From: Eledone cirrhosa
Lineage: Eukaryota
Assembly: GCA_964016885.1 (NCBI GenBank)
Contig: OZ024741.1
Coordinates: 381,052,001 to 381,116,000 of the forward strand
DNA length: 64,000 nucleotides
Direction: 5' to 3'
The position numbers and the translations under genes are program-made. This document shows positions 27,685-41,375 of the stretch, piece after piece; the stretch's first letter is position 1; every line of letters starts with the position of its first letter. A model generated the notes under the pieces. The model was not told where the DNA came from, did not search any database, and worked only from the letters and a program-made list of their open reading frames with translations.

Positions 27685-29923
27685 ATACCAGTATGTAAGT
27701 TAGTAGAGTATAGACATCAGATTTATTATAGTAATGGCTTCTACAGGACTAGAACTGTTTCTTTCAAAAGAAATCATGATTGTGGGATGGGAGGAGGTGA
27801 AGTCGAGGTAGGGAGGGAATCAATGGGCTTATAGAAGATGATGGTAGAGACTGTGTCGGGACTGTAGTCGATAGAGAGAGAGATAGAGAGACAGAGGAGT
27901 AGGAGACAGGGCTGGTAAAGATAAAGACAGGATGAAAAGACTGAAGAAATAAGAGAAAGAAATCCAGTTGTTTACGGGAGAGACTGAAGACACCGATGAA
28001 ATGTCTATGTAATCACCGTATTGCTCAGGGGCGTAGCAGGTTACTGGGTGAAGATCGTAGCCAACGAACAAGATGGCGTTGTTAGGGCCCATTCTTGTAT
28101 CCACGGCTACATCAGAGGTTTCTCTGTAAAACTCTCCGGAAAAAAAACAGTGATAGTGCGAACACAGGTATATATAGAAATAATTGTTTCTACTTTTGGC
28201 ACAAGGCCAGTAATTAACCAGTGCATTACTGGTACTTTATTTTATTGACCCCGTAAGGATGAACGGCAAAGTTAACCACGGCGGGATTTGAACTCTGAAT
28301 GGCAAGGACCGTAACTCTATCCGTCAAAGCATGGCGTCCGACCCTCTACCGATACTGCCAATCCAACTCCTATATATAAAAATAATGCCCGTGTGTGTTT
28401 GTGTTTAGGTTCAATAATCCGTGTTGGGTGATGTAAGCAATCATCCAAATAGGGGTGTAAGCAACAGAAGCACTCCACGTTTTAGGTATCCATAAATGTT
28501 TTATGTGTAGTTTATCCGATGGAGTATCAATATTAAATACGACGAAGAGACGATTTTTCATTTAACATTTCAGTTTATTGTCTTATATCGCACCATTTAT
28601 CTACATTCCAAAGGCAGTAAATTGTCATAATGTAATAATTATATAATGCAGTGTCGTCGCAGAAAAGCTGATAAAGTAAAACATCTGTTTCTTTTGGGAT
28701 TTTGATATGTAAGCTATGAAGTGATGTTGTTCCTTCGACTTAAAGCACCTGTCAGTGGACAACGCATTAACTATTTATTACATAGTCACTTTAAATGTCT
28801 TTCGAATGTACATAATTGGTGTATGGTCAGATAATAAACTGATACAGACAGACAGACAGACAGACATACATACACACACACACATATATATATATATATT
28901 TAGGTTTGTTGGTTCACCACTGGATAGAATTTGTCATTTTGTATGGTCAATCTGTATGAATCCGGTGATATCATCAGGTATTCGAAATATAACAAAGGAA
29001 TATAACTGATAAAATCCATGGGTCCGAAAATCAAAGACAAATAGGACGACTGACCAACTAGCTCTTTTCACCTCGGTCAGTCGCCCTCAATTGATGGCTA
29101 CTCGGTCTACTAATGACCATCTGCTGAGGGGGCGAAGGCTTATAATGTACTACCACCTATCCGTCAGAGAATTAAATAAAATAATATAAAGAAAGAAAGA
29201 AGAAAAGTCAGCGTAAGTGTCACACTACTGTCAGGCTAGAAATCGCCGCGAAAAATGTTATTCCAAAGAACCTATATTTTAACAGAGGCATAAATAATGG
29301 GTGTCTGTATGGTCTAATGTGTGAACAAAAAATTGGAACGTTAAACTTATGTTTAGAGTTATAGGATGAAATTAAATTAAAAATTTAAAAATTTAAAAAT
29401 AATTAAAAAAATTATTAAAATATTATTAAAAAATTAAAGGTTTGGGTTGCGAGATTTAGTTAATGAAATTACAGAGAGAGTCTTATATGAAAAAGTTTAA
29501 GTGTATTATAGGGAATCTGGATAAGTTATCAGGGTTGGATATAGAGTAAAGATTAAAGCCTTCGATTGTAAATCCCAGCCAGCACCTCCTAACCACGTGT
29601 CAGCCAATCTCGAGTGGTATCGTCTAGCGAAAGAAATGGAAATTAAATTTTCCGAGTACTCTAGGAACGTAACTGCCTTAGGCTTCGGGTGTGCCAGCGG
29701 GAAGTCTACCATCTTTGACAGGCCATCCTCTATACCAGACGAATACCAAACGAATACTATTAATTCACACAGGAGGGGTTTATTTACGTGCCAGTAGAGG
29801 GAGGCATGATACAGCTAAGAGTTATGCTTAAGCCTAGAGTTTATAGGTATAATGTGGCGGTCAAAACAGGTAGCCAGGCGAGCCCCGGGGCGAAGCGATC
29901 CACTCCGAGTAATTTCGTTTACC
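27590..29923 (-). repeat. Large inverted duplication of 30363-31335 and 33490-35185
   Basis: Identical translations for ORFs 29506-29712(-)/30578-30784(+) and 29597-29797(+)/30493-30693(-); near-matching ORFs 28370-28561(-)/33977-34231(+), 28755-29009(+)/33481-33783(-) and 27607-27834(+)/34925-35155(-). Confidence 0.93.
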
Positions 29924-31308
29924 GATACCATTCCATCTCTTCCATCCTCTATATCTATATGTATTACCTTGTATTATCTCACTGCAACTTGATCTATATT
30001 GTATTTCCCCTTTGATTTGATTCCTCCGATATGTTCTTATATACTTCCGTCTTACTACATCACTACCCTAGCTATGACGGCGTTATATTTATGTATTTTA
30101 CTTTTATTAATGTATTTTTATTAATGTATTTTTATCTTTGTATTTTTATCTTTCTATCCTGATTTTATTTATTTGTGCTTTTCTGCTTATTATTCCTTAC
30201 TCAAGTCTTACTCTCATTATGCACCTACCATATCCCCTACCCACCAAAGAACCACACTACTTATAACCCGGACTAACTGGGACTTAGATATAGTTTTGTT
30301 GGCGCATTCACTGGGTTTTACCACTTTCGACTGATGTTGTGGCTTTCCCGGCTGCGCGCAGCTTTCGGTAAACGAAATTACTCGGAGCTGCTCGCTTCGC
30401 CTCGGGGCTCGCCGCGCTGCCTGTTTTGACCGGCACATTATACCTATAAACTCTAGGCTTAAGCATAACTCTTAGCTGTATCATGCCTCCCTCTACTGGC
30501 ACGTAAATAAACCCCTCCTGTGTGAATTAATAGTATTCGTTTGGTATTCGTCTGGTATAGAGGATGGCCTGTCGAAGATGGTAGACTTCCCGCTGGCACA
30601 CCCGAAGCCTAAGGCAGTTACGTTCCTTGAGTACTCGGAAAATTTAATTTCCATTTCTTTCGCTAGACGATACCACTCGAGATTGGCTGACACGTGGTTA
30701 GGAGGTGCTGGCTGGGATTTACAATCGAAGGCTTTAATCTTTACTCTATATCCAACCCTGATAACTTATCCAGATTCCCTATAATACACTTAAACTTTTT
30801 CATATAAGACTCTCTCTGTAATTTCATTAACTAAATCTCGCAACCCAAACCTTTAATTTTTTAATAATATTTCAATAATTTTTTTAATTATTTTTAAATT
30901 TTTAAATTTTTAATTTAATTTCATCCTATAACTCTAAACATAAGTTTAACGTTCCAATTTTTTGTTCACACATTAGACCATACAGACACCCATTATTTAT
31001 GCCTCTGTTAAAATATAGGTTCTTTGGAATAACATTTTTCGCGGCGATTTCTAGCCTGACAGTAGTGTGACCCTTACGCTGACTTTTCTTCATTCTTTCT
31101 TTATATTATTTTTTTTAATTCTCTGACGGAAAGGTGGTAGTACATTATAAGCCTTCGCCGCCTCACCAGATGGTCATTAGTAGATCGAGTAGCCATCACT
31201 TGAGGGCGACTGACCGAGGTGAAAAGAGCTAGTTGGTCAGTCGTTCTATTTGTCTGTGATTTTCGGACCCATGGATTTTATCAGTTATATTCCTTTGTTA
31301 TATTTCGA

Positions 31309-31372
31309 ATACCTGATGATATCACCGGATTCATACGGAACCCGGTCATTGAAATGATCATAGTATAATAAA
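31309..31372 (+). ncRNA. Type I hammerhead ribozyme with intact core, followed by AATAAA
   Basis: ATAC-CTGATGA(31313-31319)-tatcaccggattcatacggaacccggtcatt-GAA-ATGATCAT-A-GTAT-AATAAA: stem I AUAC/GUAU, stem II with ACCGG/CCGGU, palindromic stem III, AUA cleavage triplet. Confidence 0.82.
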
Positions 31373-33289
31373 CCTTTCAAGGATTTACACCAGTCCAGCC
31401 TCCTGTTATTTTATTTATAATAATTAACTCCGTATTCGCACCACCAACTACTCAAATGAAGACGGGTGAGCTGCATTACGTTGAGTACTCTCCATAATAA
31501 TACATCAAGATTGACCATGCGGAATGACCAGTTCTATCCAGTGGTGAACCAACAAACTAAATAAATAATGCTCCAGTAATGTTGAGCACTTTCAGATGTA
31601 ATAATGAACAGCGGCACTGACTTCAGTGTACAGCTATTGCCAGCATGGGATTGACTGATCTACTTACCATTCGGATTTTGGCTGCTCTGTGCTTTGTCTA
31701 CCGCCCGCCCGATCCAATACTGCTTCCTTATCGGGAATATTCGGATTCCGACAAAATTCTACGTATTATACTATAACATGTATTGTATTGACTGAATTCT
31801 CTAACCTATACTGCAGGACTTTTGTGATTCACACTGAATTATGAGACCCGAACATACACTAGGTACCACCTGATACCATTCCATCTCTTCCATCCTCTAT
31901 ATCTATTTGTATAACCTTGTATTATCTAACTGCAACTTGATCTATATTGTAATTCCCCTTCGCTTTGATTCCTCCGATATGTTCTTATATACTTCCGTCT
32001 TACTACATCACCACCCTAGCTATGACGGCGTTATATTTATATATTTTACTATTATTAATATATTTTTATTAATGTATTTTTATCTTTCTATTTTTATCTT
32101 TCTATCCCGATTTTATTTATTTGTGCTTTTCTGCTTATTATTCCTTACTCAGGTCTTACTCTCATTATGCACCTACCATATCCCCCTACCCACCAAAGAA
32201 CCACACTATTTATAACCCGGACTAACTGGGACTAAATATAGTCTATTGGCGCATTTCACAGGGTTTTACCACTTTCGACTGATGTGGTGGCTTTCCCGGC
32301 TGCGCGCCGGGCGCTCGGGAGGTTCGTCCTTCCTTGAGTGCTTGGAAAAATAAATTTCCCCTCTTTCGGTAAACGAAATTATTCGGAGCTGCTCGCTTCG
32401 CCTCGGGGCTCGCGGCGCTGCCTGTTTTGACCGCCACATATACCTATAAACTCTAGGCTTAAGCATAACTGTTAGCTGAATCATGCCTCTCTCTACAGGC
32501 ACGTATAAACCCCTCCTGTGTGAATTAATAGTATTCGTTTGGTATAGACGATCGCCTGTCGAAGATGGTAGACTTCCCGCAGGCACACGAAGCCTAGGAC
32601 AGTTACGTTCCTAGAGTACTCGGAAAGATTAATTTCCATTTCTTTCGCTAGACGATACCACTCGAGACTGGCTGACACGTGGTTAGGAGGTGCTGGCTGG
32701 GATTTACAATCGAAGGCTTTAATCTTTACTCTATATAACTGATAACTTATCGAGATTCTTGATAAGAATCTAATAACTTATCGAGATTCACTATAATACA
32801 CTTAAACTTTTTCATATAAGACTCTCTTTGTAATTTCATTAAATGAATCTCGCAACCCAAACCTTTAATTTTTTAATAATTTTTTAAATAATTTTTTTAA
32901 TTTTATTTTTTTAATTTTTAATTTAATTTCATCCTGTAACTCTAAACATGAGTTTAACGTTCCAATTTTTTGTTCAAACATTATACCATACAGACACCCA
33001 TTATTTATGCCTCTGTTAAGATATAGGTTCTTTGGAATAACATTTTTCGCGGCGATTTCTAGCCTGACTGTAGTGTGACCCTTACGCTGACTTTTTTCTT
33101 TCTTTCTTTATATTATTTTTTTTCAATTCTCTGGCGGAGAGGTGGTAGTACATTATAAGCCTTCGCCCCCTCACCAGATGGTCATTAGTAGACCGAGTAG
33201 CTATCACTTGAGGGCGACTGACCGAGGTGAAAGCAGCTAGGTGGTCAGTCGTCCTCTTCGTCTTTGATTTTCCTCTTTTTATATTTCGA

Positions 33290-33353
33290 ATATCTGATGA
33301 TATCACCGGATTAATACGGAACCTGGTCATTGAAATGATCATAGTATAATAAA
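33290..33353 (+). ncRNA. Type I hammerhead ribozyme, second tandem copy
   Basis: ATAT-CTGATGA(33294-33300)-tatcaccggattaatacggaacctggtcatt-GAA-ATGATCAT-A-GTAT-AATAAA; substitutions in stems I and II give G-U wobble pairs. Confidence 0.78.
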
Positions 33354-33542
33354 CCTTTCTAGAATTTACACCAGTCCAACCTCCTGTTATTTTATTTATA
33401 ATAATTAACTCCGTATTCGCACCACCAACTACACAAACGTAGACGGGTGAGCTGCATTACGTTTAGTACTCTTCATAATATTACATCATGATTGACCATA
33501 CGGAATGACCATTTCTATCCAGTGGTAAACCAACAAACCTTA

Positions 33543-33663
<121 letters not shown>

Positions 33664-34167
33664 AGAGTGTATGTGTGTCTGTCTGTCTGTCTGTATCAGT
33701 TTATTATCTGACCATACAACAATTATGTACATTCGAAAGACATTTAAATTGACTATGTAATAAATATTTAATGCGTTGTCCACTGACAGGTGCTTTAAGT
33801 CGAAGGAACAACATCACTTCATAGCTTACATATCAAAATCCCAAAAGAAACAGATGTTTTACTTTATCAGCTTTTCTGCGACGACACTGCATTAAATAAT
33901 TATTACATTATGACAATTTACTGCCTTTGGAATGTAAATAAATGGTGCGATATAAGAAAATAAACTGAAATGTTAAATGAAAAATCGTCTCATCGTCGTA
34001 TTTAATATTGATACTCTATCGCATAAACTATACATAAAACATTTATGGATACCTAAAATGTGGAGTGCTTCTGGTTGCTTACACCCTTATTTGGATGATT
34101 GCTTACATCACCCAACACGGATTATTGAACCTAAACACAAACACACACGGGCATTATTTCTATATAT

Positions 34168-34482
34168 AAATCCCGCCGAGGTTAACTTTGCCTTTCATCC
34201 TTACGGGGTCGATAAAATAAAGTACCAGTAATGTACTGGTTAATTGCTGGCCTTGTGCCTAAAGTAGAAAGAATTATTTCTATATATAGGAGTTAGATTG
34301 GCTGTATCGGTAGAGGGTCGGACGCCATGCTTTGACGCATAGAGTTACGGTCCTTGCATTCAGAGTTCAAATCCCGCCGAGGTTAACTTTGCCTTTCATC
34401 CTTACGGGGTCAATAAAATAAAGTACCAGTAATGCACTGGGTAACTACTGGCCTTGTGCCAAATGTAGAAACAATTATTTCT
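34168..34482 (+). mobile_element. Two tandem tRNA-derived SINE copies (first 5'-truncated); single copy in the inverted arm at ~28178-28370
   Basis: aaatcccgccgaggttaactttgcctttcatccttacggggtc occurs twice. Confidence 0.85.
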
Positions 34483-34539
34483 ATATATACTTGTGTTTGC
34501 ACTCTCATTGGTTATTCTTTTTCCGGAGAGTTTTACAGA

Positions 34540-34766
34540 GAAACCTCTGATGTAGCCATGGATACAAGAATGGGCCCTAACAACGCCATCTTGTTCGTTG
34601 GGTACGATCTTCCCCACAGTAATCTGGTAGGCCCCTGAGCAATACGGTGATTACATAGACATTTCATCGGTGTCTTCAGTCTCTCCCGTAAACAACTGGA
34701 TTTCTTTCTCTCATTTGTTCAGTCTTTCCATCCTGTCTTTACCTTTACCAGCCCTGTCTCCTACTC

Positions 34767-34865
<99 letters not shown>

Positions 34866-35044
34866 GACTACAGTCCCGACACAGTCTCTACCATCATCTT
34901 CTTTAAGCCCATTGCTTCCCTCCCCTACCTCGACTTCCCCTTCTCCCATCCCACAATCATGATTTCTTTTGAAACAGTTCTAGTCCTGTAGAAGCCATTA
35001 CTATAATAAATCTGATGTCTATACTCTACTAACTTACATACTGT

Positions 35045-35128
<84 letters not shown>

Positions 35129-37698
35129 ATATATATACCAAACACACACATACATATATATATATTTATATATATATGCTCGACTCCTTTTTCTCCTTCT
35201 GCTTCTTCCACCTCTGCCTTCAGTTCACCACCTCTATCTCCACCACCCACGTCCACTTCTTTTGACATATCCGTCGCCATCGACCCCTCCCACCGCTCCC
35301 TCTTCAAACCCACCGACTTGTTCAAACCCACCGACACCCACTCCTACCTTGACTACACCTCCGCCCACCCGACACACACAAAACACTCTATTTCCTACTC
35401 CCAACTCCACCGGATCTTCGCCTCTGTAGCCGAGATGCTGACTTTGAGTTCCAGGCCTCGTCCCTAGTCAGCCATTTCATCCGTCCACACCGCCCTCACT
35501 CGCGCCCGTGCTGTCCACCACTCCATTGCCCTCACCCCACGCCACCGCACAGCCATCTTCTCCTCTTCCCCATCACCTACCACCCCTCCACGGCACCATC
35601 CCCCGCCTATTCCGACGCCTCCAGTCCGACCCTCCACCTCCCCCATCTTCCCACCCCCACCCCTCCCCTCCTCCAAACGCGCACGTAATCCAAACCCACG
35701 CTCTGGTTCCCTTCCCTGCTCCAGGCCTCGCTGCCACACCTGCCCCCACATCACCAACACCACCACCTTCCAGGGTCCCAACGAGCACTCTCTCTCTGTT
35801 CGGCACGCCTTCCGCTGCACCTCCTCCAACCTAGTCTATGGACTTCACTGCACGGAGTGCATCGCAACCTACGTCGGACAGACTGGACGTCGCCCGGCGG
35901 ACCGTTTCACTGAACACCTCCGTGATATTCGTCTCGGCGGGAGCCCCCCCCCCCCCATCGCCAGCCACTTTGGCTCCCCTGGACAATCCGCCCACCACCT
36001 CACAGTCTGTGGCCTGCTCCAATGCCATGGATCACCCGTCACCCGCCTCACGGTCGAACAACACACCATCTTCACCCTACAGACCCCCCCAGCGTGAACT
36101 CCTCACCCCTATTCCTTTAGCCTTCGACCGCCCACCTTTCCCCCACACATCCCAACTAACACCACTAATCACACACTCCTCCATTTCACCGCCCCACCCT
36201 CTTGGCCCACCCCACAACTAATAATACTAACACCCCCACTACACCGCGGCCCTCCCCCAAGAAACAATACTAACATCGTCACCTCTCCACACACACACAT
36301 CCACCTGTACATATATACACGCACTCACACTATCCACACACCCTACTGCCACCACTAACCCTCACCCACACATCCACTCCGACCACCCCACAACTAATAT
36401 CACTAACATCCCCCGACACCACGAACACTCACCATCACACACACCCTCACCCACACCTACGTACACCACTCACTCTACACACCTAACCACCACTAACCCC
36501 CGCGAACACACCCGCATTCAACCCTTTCTCCACCTCCAGTAATACTAACACCCACTAACAACTCCTTGACCACATACACACTCATCCAAACACGCACACA
36601 CACACACCAGTACACTACACTACCTCCTCCGTCCCCAACACCTTTCCCCCTCCTTCCTTCTCCCCGCCCCACCCACACCCCTTCACACACACATCCCACT
36701 AACACCTCCACTAATATACACCCCATCCTCCAACACCACCACCTTCCCCCTCCACCTTTCTCACCTACCCATCCTCTCCCCTGTCCAGCACCTCCGCACA
36801 CACAGACACACAGTCCACACCACAGACAGACCACTTCTTCACCTGTCATCTTCCTCTACTGCTATCTCTTCACCCTGCCTTGACCCTCTGACCACTTCCT
36901 GTTGCGCGCGCACCCAACATCTCTCCACTTCTGACCACCACCACAGATGGATTTCACACTATCGGTCATCGTTCCAGCTATCCATTCCCTAACATGAGAA
37001 ATATCCAACCTCTTATCACACACTCCGCGGAACTACTTTAGTAACATACCCACGAACAAACACTCACATTTTTTTTCGAAACACGCCACCTACATCCACA
37101 CCACGTATAAAGAAAAACACACACGTGCCTATCCCCACATACACACACTCAGCCTCCGGATTCCACACGCCCCCCCCCCCCCACGCCAACTTTCTGACCT
37201 CTCTCCATCCACCCGCACACACACACCGTCTTACATCCTACCTCACGCACACACCGGTTCCCTTTTTCCTGAACATGGAACCTCGTTCTTCTCCCAACTC
37301 TCACATACACACGCACACACACACGTACACCTACACCTACACACATACACAAAACCACCTTGATCCCTCCCTGCTCGGACCCTCCGCCTCCCTCTCCCAA
37401 CTCCACCCGCCACGACCCCTACACGCCTCTCACCCTTCCACCACTTGTTTATTTTTATGTTTATTTTTATGTTTATTTTTATTTTCAAAAATCGTTTTTC
37501 CTCCCTTTTCTCGACACCGCTTTTTTCTAAATGTCTTTCCACCACTCTCCCACACACCCTCGGAACTCTCTGACTACCCACTTTTCTCCTGATGCAGGGC
37601 TTATGCCTGAAACGTCCAACATCTCAAATACACTCATATTTGTACTGCCTCTCTGTTTTTGTTCCCTCGAAGATTTAACTATATGTATATACCTCCCT

Positions 37699-37700
<2 letters not shown>
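34540..37700 (+). mobile_element. C-rich Penelope-like element (Neptune-like), 5'-truncated and decayed
   Basis: VAMDTRMGPNNAILFVGY (RT); FKPTDTHSYLDYTSAHP..KHSISYSQL (thumb); PCSRPRCHTCPHI...CTSSNLVYGLHCTECIATYVGQTGRRPADRFTEHLRDI (GIY-YIG) read by eye at ~35710-35935; long C/A-rich 3' region. Confidence 0.85.
37586..37618 (+). ncRNA. Minimal PLE-type hammerhead, degenerate
   Basis: CTGATGC-AGGGC TTAT GCCT-GAAAC-GTC; core differs from CUGAUGA at the last base; lies at the 3' end of the C-rich PLE. Confidence 0.55.
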
Positions 37701-37767
<67 letters not shown>

Positions 37768-37808
37768 TTCCAAATATTAACAAAACAGATATTTTTGTGA
37801 TCAATTAA

Positions 37809-37873
37809 ATTTTATTATACATATTTCAGAGGTACTGAATTAAGTTCAACAGTACGTCCTCATCAGATAAAAT
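37809..37873 (-). ncRNA. Type I hammerhead ribozyme with intact core
   Basis: Minus strand ATTTTAT-CTGATGA-GGACGTACTG ttgaacttaatt CAGTACCTCT-GAA-ATATGTAT-A-ATAAAAT: 7-bp stem I, stem II GUACUG/CAGUAC, self-complementary stem III; the inverted copy at ~40615-40675 has lost the core. Confidence 0.82.
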
Positions 37874-39461
37874 AAAATGATACATGACATACCCTGACAT
37901 GGTAGATGGTTAAGATTTAATCAAGGTAGTGATTAACTTATGAGAAAACTCAATATTTATACCCTAATATTGAGAACATGAGAAAACGTAATAGAATCAA
38001 TAGAGAGAGTGTGAGTAATATATTTTAAGAAATATATATGGTATCAATGTAACAGTTATAGAAAAAAACTACTAGAAAAATATGCGGGAGAGGAAAGCAT
38101 ATAGGAAGACGTAGCTGAAGTTATAACTTATTTAGTATTTAGCTTAAGAAGACAAATGAAATATAAATTAAGAGAGAGAGAGACAAAGGGCAGTAATTTA
38201 TGTTCAAGTTACTACCTACACATAATCATATAGGGTTGGCGGTTAATTTTCAAAATATTTAATTTATGTTATTTCAGGGTAAATAATCAAATTATAGGTT
38301 TTAAAAGTTGATGGGTATTTGTATTAATATTATATAATTATGCTAAATTTCTAAAATTCAAATTTTATGAAGACAAATTTAAAGGATTTACAAAACCCGC
38401 AAAAGAAAGAAATATATACATGTAATATTCGATATCCCACAAAGGTAATCTTTACCAAAAATTACTTATAATATTGACAACAGTTTCTATAATATAATTT
38501 ATGAGATATTTACAGTTATAACTATTAAAGAATTTATTGTTAAATAGTTAGAGTGCGTAAAGTATTAACAGGTCTTATAATTAAACTTAATGAGGTCAGA
38601 GTTTTCATTACATACATATATATGTGTATTGATCATAATGTACCAAGACTGCAATTTATTATTTGTTCATATATTGTATTAAGTAAATGATTATATAAGT
38701 TCCAGGGAAAACCAAACATTTATAATAATGTCATTTGAGTGTTTAAATTATTTATATAAATGTAACTACGATTATGTTATTATACTAGATAAAGATATTT
38801 GTACAAACTATATATAGATATACTAGGTATTAATGAAACGGTATACATTTAATAAAGAATAACAATTATAATGTTTGTTAGTAGTTTTATATAAATGTAA
38901 CTACGATTATGTTATTACACTAGATAAAGATATTTGTACAAACTATATATAGATATACAAGGTATTAATGAAACGGTATACATTTAATAAAAAATAACTA
39001 TTATAATCATAGTTAGTAGTTTTACCGCCAGTTCAGTGGAGGAATAAACCAATATTTGTCTGCTATTATGGTTTGTTAAATATACATAAAAAAGCAAAGC
39101 GCAAGTCTAACTTTCTGAGTCCCCCAAAACCCTCTCAAAATGAGTAAAATATATAAAATATGTAAACGCATGAATGATCCATAGTTCAAATTAAAATCAG
39201 TAAATCAACAGGTTAGATATCTAAACTATATATTTAACATAGACAGAAAAATAAAAATCTGAATCAAAGTCAAAAATATCCAAAAAACCCTAGGGCATAG
39301 ATATCTATCAAGTAAACAAGTTTTCAAAAAAGTGTCATTCATTCAAACATCAATTCCATTATAAATAATTAGAAGATAAAGCAATTATTAACGTTTTATA
39401 AACCGTTATGACTTATATGTTCCACAGTTGATGATAGACGTCGAAAATCAGGCTTGATTGC

Positions 39462-40010
39462 TTACTGCTTTTTCCTGACTTTTTGCGAGGCTTGGAATGT
39501 AGACAAAGCTATATGAAGGCAGTTTGAGAATAATTCACTTTTTTTGTTAATTAAGTTTTCATAATTATTAATTATTAATAGGGTCTCCTTTGTACATAGG
39601 CTGCAGTTAATTGATATACTTGTGTTGAGATAGACTCCACTATTACAAAGCTTCGTCCAACAGATCGAGTATTTTAAATTTTTGTCTTTTAATGACCATA
39701 TAAGCTGTGATAACGAAGTCGAAGATTTCCTATTAGAATTCGAGAATGAGCATTTATGATTCGCAAATCTTGCCTTAAATGTAGAAGAAGTTGCTCCTAT
39801 GTAGTTGTATGTGTTGTTTTTTGTTTTTACGGTGCATTTATACACCAAATTTCTATCCAAACAATTATTTTGCAGAGGGCAATCTGGTTTATTTCTACAA
39901 TTACATTTTGCTTTATTATTATTTATATTAACACTATTATTAATATCATTATGTTGATTTTGATTTAGAATTTTACTGTTTATTTTAGCGATGTTTTGGG
40001 CCATATTCAT
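39462..40010 (-). CDS. GIY-YIG endonuclease domain of a Penelope-like element
   Basis: CNCRNKPDCPLQNNCL..LVYKCTV...YIGATSSTFKARFANHKCSF...CSLCTKE...LINKKSE. Confidence 0.88.
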   Translation of the reverse strand: MNMAQNIAKINSKILNQNQHNDINNSVNINNNKAKCNCRNKPDCPLQNNCLDRNLVYKCTVKTKNNTYNYIGATSSTFKARFANHKCSFSNSNRKSSTSLSQLIWSLKDKNLKYSICWTKLCNSGVYLNTSISINCSLCTKETLLIINNYENLINKKSELFSNCLHIALSTFQASQKVRKKQ

Positions 40011-40871
40011 AATTGTAGAATAAGATAATTTAATAGTGTGTCTACTAAAAATGGAATGGTATTTACATTACATGTATATTTTTCTTTCTTTCGCGGGTTT
40101 TGTAAATCCTTTAAATTTGTCTTCATAAAATTTGAATTTTAGAAATTTAGCATAATTATATTATAATATTAATACAAATACCCATCAACTTTTGAAACCT
40201 ATAATTTGATTATTTACCCTGAAATAACATAAATTAAATATTTTGAAAATTAACCGCCAACCCTATATGATTATGTGTAGGTAGTAACTTGAACATAAAT
40301 TACTGCCCTTTGTCTCTCTCTCTCTTAATTTATATTTCATTTGTCTTCTTAAGCTAAATACTAAATAAATTATAACTTCAGCTACGTCTTCCTATATGCT
40401 TTCCTCTCCCGCATATTTTTCTAGTAGTTTTTTCTATAACTGTGCATTGATGCCATGTATTTCTTAAAATATATTACTCACACATTCTCTATTGATTCTA
40501 TTACGTTCTCTTATGTTCTCAATATTAGGGTATAAACATTGAGTTTTCTCATAAGTTAATCACTAACTTGATTAAATCTTAACCATCTATTATGTCAGGG
40601 TATATCATGTATCATTTGCGGAGGACGCATTGTTGAACTTAATTCAGAACCTCTGAAATATGTATAATAACATTTAATTGATCGCAAGAATATCTGTTTT
40701 GTTAATATTTGGAATTAATATTAATAACTCTGGAAATTTTTTATGTAGAGTGCTTCCAATCTATTGTAAAACTCATTATTTGATGTACTCATCGAATCTT
40801 GTTTAACTCTTAAATATATATATATATATATATAATAATAAAATGTGGAGAGGAAGCACACGAGTTAAGAT

Positions 40872-41316
40872 ATATATATATGAAATCAGGGAGAAAGAGA
40901 CGATTATTAGGAAGAAAAATATATTTTTTTCCTTTTTTGTTTCTTTCTCTCTTTTTTCTGGGTTAGAAAATGATTAAAACGAAATGTTTTACTTCGTGCG
41001 AAATGTTTTACTTTGTGTATTCGTTGATTTATTTAATATTTAACAACGGCATTTATTTATCTATTTATATATTTAATAATTTTCTATTAATTTATCTATT
41101 GATATATTTAATAATTCTCTATAGACAATTATTAAATATATAAATAGATAAATAAATGCCATTGTTAAATAATAAATAAATCAACTAATACCTTAACACT
41201 TCACACAAAGTAAAACATTTCGTTTTAATCATTTTCTAACCCAGAAAGAAGAGAGAGAGAAACAAAAAGGGAAAAAAAAATATTTTTCTTCCTAATAATC
41301 GTCTCTTTCTCCCTGT

Positions 41317-41325
<9 letters not shown>
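40872..41325. repeat. AT-rich fold-back element (~210-bp arms) in (TA)n
   Basis: tgaaatcagggagaaagagacgattattaggaagaaaaat... mirrored by ...tatttttcttcctaataatcgtctctttctccctgttttca; centre ~41120. Confidence 0.88.
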
Positions 41326-41374
<49 letters not shown>

Positions 41375-41375
41375 C

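Larger units (their letters stand above)
29924..33541 (+). mobile_element. Tandem ~1.95-kb non-coding units, each carrying a hammerhead (PLE pseudo-LTR / retrozyme-like)
   Basis: gataccattccatctcttccatcc starts at ~29924 and ~31872; the second copy is diverged and ends in (TA)n at ~33541. Confidence 0.8.
37763..40812 (-). mobile_element. 5'-truncated Penelope-like element (Hydra-type CxCx5C linker, tentative) with inverted pseudo-LTR copy
   Basis: GIY-YIG ORF 39462-40010; 37763-38420 is the reverse complement of ~40070-40722; bounded by (TA)n on both sides; internal ~135-bp tandem duplication at 38753-39022. Confidence 0.87.
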
